From Candidatus Bathyarchaeia archaeon (GTDB lineage: Archaea; Thermoproteota; Bathyarchaeia; Bathyarchaeales; Bathycorpusculaceae), in assembly GCA_038883775.1 (NCBI GenBank), contig JAVZLM010000001.1, forward strand, positions 96,001 to 160,000: DNA of 64,000 bases, written 5' to 3'. A program made the translations under genes and the position numbers. Under the pieces are notes generated by a model. That model saw only the letters and a program-made list of their open reading frames with translations, ran no database searches and had not been told where the DNA came from. Of the stretch, positions 59,036 to 64,000 are shown in pieces; position 1 is the first letter of the stretch; each line of letters starts with the position of its first letter.

Positions 59036-59159
59036 TGCGGGGGGTGGGATTCGAACCCACGGAGGCCTACGCCAGAGGATCTTAAGTCCTCCCCCTTATC
59101 TTAGGCTGTTAGGCATTTCTGGCCCACTGCCTATTTAGACCTGGCTCGGGTACCCCCGC
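59036..59159 (-). tRNA. tRNA-Leu(TAA) with 39-nt non-canonical D-loop intron (59096-59134)
   Basis: Acceptor GCGGGGG/CCCCCGC, anticodon arm GAGGA-CTTAAGA-TCCTC, and a long variable arm. BHB-like motif GTCT-AAA-TAGGC..GCCTA-AGAT-AAG. Confidence 0.9.
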
Positions 59160-59245
59160 ACCACATATTGTGAGGTTGTGTTGCATAGTTTAAGTTTTTT
59201 GTGGGATGCATTAAGTTAAAATCTGATTTTGCTTATTTATTGTTT

Positions 59246-59332
59246 GGGCGGGTAGCCTAGCATGGATAGGGCGCAAGCCTCCTAACAGGCGGAGAGAGCT
59301 TGTGGTCGTGGGTTCAAATCCCACCCCGCCCG
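59246..59332 (+). tRNA. tRNA-Arg(CCT) with 12-nt canonical intron (59285-59296)
   Basis: Acceptor GGGCGGG/CCCGCCC. CAAGC-CTCCTA[ACAGGCGGAGAG]A-GCTTG, with central helix CTCC/GGAG. Confidence 0.92.
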
Positions 59333-59352
59333 CTTTGTATTCAAATCATTTT

Positions 59353-60270
59353 TTATGTTATTTCTTTCATTTTTTCTATGGCTTCTTTTACTATAGCCAC
59401 TGATTTTTTGAATTCTTCTTTTGCTTCAAAGTCTAATTTAAGTTCCAAAATCTTTTCTATGCCATTTTTTCCAAGAATGCAAGGAACGCCTATGGAGACA
59501 TCTGAAAATCCGTATTCGCCTTGGAGGTATGTGGAAACGCTTATGACGCGGTTTCTTCCCCTTAAAACGGCGTCAGTCATTATTGCGATTACTACTGCTG
59601 GCGCATATGTGGTTGCGCCTTTAAGTTTGATGACGTCGGCGCCAGAGGTTTTTGTTAAGTTTACTATTTTTTCAATTTGTTCTTTATTAAGCAAAGCGGT
59701 TATTGGTATTCCAGAAACTGAGGCATAATTTACCAACGGCACCATGGAATCTCCATGTTCTCCGATGACTAGGGCGCGGATGTCTTCTCTTGAAACGCCG
59801 AGTTCTAAGGCAATATAAGAACGGAAACGAAGCGTGTCCAAAATGTTTCCCATTCCGAAGACTCGGTTTCTTTCGAATCCAGATTCTTTATAGGCAATAT
59901 AGGTCATAACGTCCACTGGATTTGTTACCATCATTAGTTTGCAGTCTGGAGCGTATTTGACAACTTCTTTAACTATGGATTTAACTATCTTTGCATTTTT
60001 AGCCATCAAATCTAATCGGCTCATGCCTGGTTTTCGGGCTTCTCCAGCCGTTACAATTACAAGTTCTGAGCCTTCCATTTCGCTGAAGTCGCTTGTTCCT
60101 TTTATCCTTCCATCAAACTCTATTGCGGGGGCGGCTTGCATCATGTCAAGGGCTTCGCCATGTGCCAAATTTTCAGCTATGTCTATCAAAACTACATCGC
60201 TAATTCTAAACTCCAAAATTCTGAAAGCCGCGGAACTTCCAACCTTTCCAGCACCAATTATTGAAATCAT
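59353..60270 (-). CDS. mdh: Malate dehydrogenase (LDH-like)
   Basis: IIGAGKVG, ARKPGMSRLDL, TNPVD, LDTLR and GEHGDSM. Confidence 0.92.
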   Translation of the reverse strand: MISIIGAGKVGSSAAFRILEFRISDVVLIDIAENLAHGEALDMMQAAPAIEFDGRIKGTSDFSEMEGSELVIVTAGEARKPGMSRLDLMAKNAKIVKSIVKEVVKYAPDCKLMMVTNPVDVMTYIAYKESGFERNRVFGMGNILDTLRFRSYIALELGVSREDIRALVIGEHGDSMVPLVNYASVSGIPITALLNKEQIEKIVNLTKTSGADVIKLKGATTYAPAVVIAIMTDAVLRGRNRVISVSTYLQGEYGFSDVSIGVPCILGKNGIEKILELKLDFEAKEEFKKSVAIVKEAIEKMKEIT

Positions 60271-60398
60271 AATTTGTTAATGAGATCAAGTTTTACATAA
60301 ATGTAACGAAACTGCCTTTCGTATAAAACTTCAAGAAAAACTTAAGATTCTCTTTTATATATAATCGTTCTAAAATAATGCGAAAGTTGGAAAAGTAA

Positions 60399-60581
60399 AT
60401 GAAGGATAACGAACTAAGAGGCTGGTTTTGCTTCGTAACATTCTGGCTAACCTTAATACTAGCAACCATTAGTGAAGGTTTCACAGTCAAATTAATATTA
60501 TATCTTCTTGCAATTGCCATGATATTCCTAGCAATCATGTTAATGGGAGGAGAAGCAGAACTCCACGCAAAAGAGAGTTAA
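60399..60581 (+). CDS. Small 2-TM membrane protein
   Basis: 60 aa with two hydrophobic helices. Confidence 0.5.
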   Translation: MKDNELRGWFCFVTFWLTLILATISEGFTVKLILYLLAIAMIFLAIMLMGGEAELHAKES

Positions 60582-60699
60582 AAGAAACAAAATACCTTCA
60601 GTTAAAATTAAACGCTTCTTTTAAATAAACGTAGTTTATCAAGAAAAGTTAATTAATTAAAATTCTACTTTACTCTTTCGGCGCCTTTGGCCTTCGACA

Positions 60700-60777
60700 G
60701 CCCTGGTAGTATAGTCCGGTCTAGTATAAGCGGCTGTCGCCCGCTAGACCCGGGTTCAAATCCCGGCCAGGGCGCCA
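60700..60777 (+). tRNA. tRNA-Asp(GTC), CCA encoded
   Basis: Acceptor GCCCTGG/CCAGGGC-G-CCA, anticodon arm AGCGG-CTGTCGC-CCGCT, T-loop TTCAAAT. Confidence 0.95.
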
Positions 60778-60790
60778 AATTTCATGGGTT

Positions 60791-61918
60791 TCATGGCTTT
60801 TTATGGTGAGAGTTTAGGAAATCTTTGAATCGTGATAATCCTTCTTTTAAGGTTTCGGTTCTGCATCCATAACCAATGCGTAAGTATCCTTCCATTCCAA
60901 AGCATAAGCCTGGAACAAGCAGTGTTCCCTTTTCTTTGATTAGGTTTAGGCAAAGAGTTTCTGACGGTATCTTTAAGTTATAGTGTAAGAAGGCGATGCT
61001 TCCCGCCTTCGAAGGAGTCCAGTCAATTAAGGGTTCATTTTCAATCCATTGGGAGAGAATGCGGTGGTTGGTGCGGATGATTTTTAGGTTACGTTTAAAG
61101 ATTTTATCCACGTTTTTAACAGCGAGAGTAGCGAGAGCATCATCTATTAAGCCGTTACTGATTGTTGTATAATCTCTGTGAAGTTTGCAGTCCTCAACAA
61201 TTTCTTCGCTGGCGGCTATCCATCCTAACCGCAAACCTGTAAGCGAAAAAGTCTTAGAAAAAGACCCAGTCACTATGGCTTTATCGCTTAAATCCACAGT
61301 CGAAGAAACATAATCGTCTGGGTTTATGTAAAGACCCCTGTAGGCTTCGTCGCATAGTAAATATGCATTTGCATCTTCTGCAATGGCGCAGATTTCTTTC
61401 AAAAGCTTATCGTCGATGAGGCTTCCTGTGGGGTTGTGGGGGTTTATGAGCACAATTAGTTTGGTTTTTTTGTCAACAAGTTCGGATAATTCGTTAACAT
61501 CTGGCAGCCAACGATTTTCTTCGCGTAATTTTAAGAGTTTAACGTTGGCGCCGAAGGATTTAGCCACGCTGTAGAGTTGTTGATAGGCTGGAAAAATGGA
61601 AATAACCGTGTCTCCGGGTTCAACAAGAGTGTAGAAAACAAGGAAGTTGGCGCCAATGGCTCCGCCAGAAATGAGGATGTTTTCTGGTTTCATGTTTTTG
61701 TATAGTTTTGCAATTCCTTTTCTGAGTTCGGGAGAACCGTCAACGAAACCATATGTAAGTTGTGTTTCTTTAATTTCTTCAAAAAACTTTTCTCTGCCCA
61801 TAAGGGTTAGAAACTCGCCTAAGGTGAATGGGTTAACGCATGTTTCTGCAAGATTAAGCTCCACTTCATGTTCATATGCGCCTATGAATCTTTCAACCAA
61901 GAATTTATCCACTTTCAT
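60791..61918 (-). CDS. PLP-dependent aminotransferase class I/II
   Basis: GSPELR, NPHNPTG, DEAYRG and GSFSKTFSLTGLRLGW. Confidence 0.92.
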   Translation of the reverse strand: MKVDKFLVERFIGAYEHEVELNLAETCVNPFTLGEFLTLMGREKFFEEIKETQLTYGFVDGSPELRKGIAKLYKNMKPENILISGGAIGANFLVFYTLVEPGDTVISIFPAYQQLYSVAKSFGANVKLLKLREENRWLPDVNELSELVDKKTKLIVLINPHNPTGSLIDDKLLKEICAIAEDANAYLLCDEAYRGLYINPDDYVSSTVDLSDKAIVTGSFSKTFSLTGLRLGWIAASEEIVEDCKLHRDYTTISNGLIDDALATLAVKNVDKIFKRNLKIIRTNHRILSQWIENEPLIDWTPSKAGSIAFLHYNLKIPSETLCLNLIKEKGTLLVPGLCFGMEGYLRIGYGCRTETLKEGLSRFKDFLNSHHKKP

Positions 61919-62035
61919 GGGTTTCAGCTCCTTTTTGGAAGCTTAAATTTTGATGTGTGAACAGTTAAGTTTTTCTTTGGAGCGATTGACAGAAAGCATA
62001 TGAATGTGTTTTAATCAAATTTGTGATGAGTAAAG

Positions 62036-63391
62036 TTGTGGTCTTCTCCAAGGCGTGTGGATAGGTGTTCGCCGAATGTTTGGTTACTTGACATTTTAGA
62101 AGGCTCAAATGTTGGAGCGGAGGTGAAATTTGATGAAAACCTTTTGGTTACTAAGGCTTCGTCAAGCGGTTTATGTGTTGCCTGTAAGGGTTCCCGTTTT
62201 TTGTGCGGCAAAACCCGCTGTCCAATAATTGTGAAGGCTAACTACTTTCTGAAAAGCGTTCCCTTAATGCAAAGCGAAGACATTGCTGGGGCTTCTCCAC
62301 CAAGCGTTTTCGTTGGAAGAATTGGCTATCCATACGTTTATGCTGGTCCCCTTGTTCCGCCAGTTCAAGAAGACACGAGCGTTTATGATTTGCCAGAGTT
62401 TTGGTTTGGAAAATCCATAGACGAGATTGTTGGCTTTCGTTCTATGCTTATCCGTGGAAAACATAGGGTTCATGTGCAGAAGTTTGAAGAGGCTGGAAAA
62501 ATAATTGACAAAACTCGCGAATTGGCTTTGGCAGTAAAGCCCGTGGATGTTGAGCTTATCCTTAAGAAAAAACCAAGAGGCTTCATACTCTTGGACGATG
62601 AGGTTCAACCATTCGGTCCTTCCGCTCCTATCCGAGATTTGATTGTTGGCAATGCCCGTTGGGACCATCAAATAGAGAAAGCCTACAATGACACGGATTT
62701 GAGGGCTGCTGAAGCAGTTTTAGAGCTTTACAGCAAAGGCGTATTAGTTACTAAAATTCAAAGGGCTTTCAGTGTCGGCTCCTTTGGTTTGGAGAAGAAT
62801 AGGCGTTTTGTGCCAACCCGCTGGAGCATAACAGCCGTTGACAGCATAATCTCAAAAGAGCTTATGGAGAAAGTCAAAACTTTTCCCGAAATTAGCGAAT
62901 ACCGCGTTTACGAATCAGTTTATTTGGACAACATTTTTGAAGTTTTAATGCTTCCAAATGCATGGAGTTATGAAGCCATAGAAGCATGGTATCCTGGCAC
63001 AGTTTGGAATCCAAACGGCAGAAACGTTGTCATGTTTTCTGATTGGGAAGGCTATGAGGGAAGAACCACTTATGCAGAAATTGGCGGATGTTATTACGCT
63101 GCACGCCTAGCAGTTTGCGAACAACTCGTAAAAGAGCAACGCCAAGCCACAGTCATAGTCTTGCGCGAGGCGCATCCGGGCTACATAATGCCAGTCGGCG
63201 TATGGCAAGTCCGTGAAAACGTGAGGAATGCTATGCGCCAAAAACCATACATTTTCAAAACTTTGGATGACGCCCTACGCTTTATTGCAGGAAAATTCCA
63301 AATCCCAATACAACGGTGGATAATGAGGAGCGAACTGTTAAAGAATGCGCTCTTTCAAAGGAAGATAACGGATTTTATTTCTAAAATGTGA
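62036..63391 (+). CDS. nreA: Archaeal DNA repair protein NreA
   Basis: CVACKG..LCGKTRCP, SPPSVFVGRIGYP, PTRWSITAVD, GGCYYAARL and C-terminal PIP box QRKITDF. Start uncertain. Confidence 0.9.
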   Translation: MWSSPRRVDRCSPNVWLLDILEGSNVGAEVKFDENLLVTKASSSGLCVACKGSRFLCGKTRCPIIVKANYFLKSVPLMQSEDIAGASPPSVFVGRIGYPYVYAGPLVPPVQEDTSVYDLPEFWFGKSIDEIVGFRSMLIRGKHRVHVQKFEEAGKIIDKTRELALAVKPVDVELILKKKPRGFILLDDEVQPFGPSAPIRDLIVGNARWDHQIEKAYNDTDLRAAEAVLELYSKGVLVTKIQRAFSVGSFGLEKNRRFVPTRWSITAVDSIISKELMEKVKTFPEISEYRVYESVYLDNIFEVLMLPNAWSYEAIEAWYPGTVWNPNGRNVVMFSDWEGYEGRTTYAEIGGCYYAARLAVCEQLVKEQRQATVIVLREAHPGYIMPVGVWQVRENVRNAMRQKPYIFKTLDDALRFIAGKFQIPIQRWIMRSELLKNALFQRKITDFISKM

Positions 63392-63445
63392 TGTTTGAAA
63401 TTTAAGTAATGGATAAAAACGTGAATAGCGAAACAGTTATGGGCG

Positions 63446-64000
63446 ATGCTCACGAAGGGATCTAAAATTAAAGGTTTCTTTAAATTGCTTCGAGGCATAC
63501 TTACTGGCTTATACAATGCTCTTTTTGGTTTCGTGCTTCACTCTTTTAAGAGTCTAAACCTTAAGGTTAGGTCAAAGTTTCCCGTTTGGCGTATGGAAGA
63601 AGAAACTTTGGAGCATGTTCGCTCTGTGGTTGAGGTTTTTAAGTGGATAGTTTTGCCGGCAAGCCTCATCTATGTTTTTGCAGCTTTCTACTTTTTTAAT
63701 GAAAATGCTTTGGACTCTATGTTTTGGGGAGTACTAATTTTCTTTTACAGCAATTTCCTTCCCGATTTGCCTTTCATGTACAGAAGAAAGAAGGATGAAG
63801 AAACAGAAGATTTGCCATGGTACAAGAAGTATTTTCTTTTGTTGTTTGCGCCTTTGCTAATTTGGATTTTGTTTTCTGGAATACGCCTAAGCTGGAAAAC
63901 CCAAGAAACATTTCATGACTTTAAATCTTTAACAGTTTATGGTATCTTTCTTTTTATATTGGGGTTTTGTGCTTTTGTCAAATTTCCAATTAGTGTTGGA
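63446..64000 (+). CDS. Membrane protein, possibly metal-dependent hydrolase-like; runs off the window end
   Basis: Open frame MLTKGSKIK..SNFLPDLP..ETFHDFK with TM segments. Confidence 0.65.
   Translation, partial: MLTKGSKIKGFFKLLRGILTGLYNALFGFVLHSFKSLNLKVRSKFPVWRMEEETLEHVRSVVEVFKWIVLPASLIYVFAAFYFFNENALDSMFWGVLIFFYSNFLPDLPFMYRRKKDEETEDLPWYKKYFLLLFAPLLIWILFSGIRLSWKTQETFHDFKSLTVYGIFLFILGFCAFVKFPISVG

Larger units (their letters stand above)
55480..59051. mobile_element. tRNA-Leu-anchored genomic islet (about 3.5 kb), no integrase
   Basis: Bounded by the 34/35-bp direct repeat. Cargo is a subtilase and a surface protein. Confidence 0.7.

Noticed and set aside
62023-62075. Possible C/D box sRNA (GTGATGA) upstream of nreA
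   Set aside because: No CTGA D box at a suitable distance and no terminal stem.

Overview
This is an archaeal chromosomal segment, about 40% GC by eye, probably from a TACK lineage such as Bathyarchaeia. That placement is an inference from the TackOD1 domain, SMC-ScpAB, the dockerin-tailed secreted protein remnant, NreA and a D-loop tRNA intron. Core blocks are the proteasome/exosome superoperon (psmA to DHH), smc-scpA-scpB-rps8e, the rps13-rpoD-rps2-MEMO1-mvk-ipk-fni-GGPP synthase-gltX-srp19 superoperon, tandem moeA genes, an ECF module, hxlB, mdh and nreA. Four tRNAs are present: Ala-TGC, Leu-TAA with a D-loop intron, Arg-CCT with a canonical intron, and Asp-GTC. The more unusual features are: (1) a type IV pilus operon whose 600-aa pilin appears to carry nested inserted domains inside a split pilin fold; (2) an FprA / hemerythrin-PAS / Cys-rich HTH module with a perfect 16-bp intergenic palindrome; (3) an integrase-less tandem set of cassettes bounded by tRNA-Leu 3'-end copies, carrying a frameshifted subtilase and a surface protein; (4) an aminotransferase exactly bracketed by a 14-bp direct repeat beside tRNA-Asp; (5) a GGPP synthase with no in-frame ATG/GTG/TTG for its N-terminus; and (6) several frameshifted or decayed genes. 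No CRISPR array, rRNA, transposase or integrase was seen. All product calls come from motif recognition by eye, not database searches.
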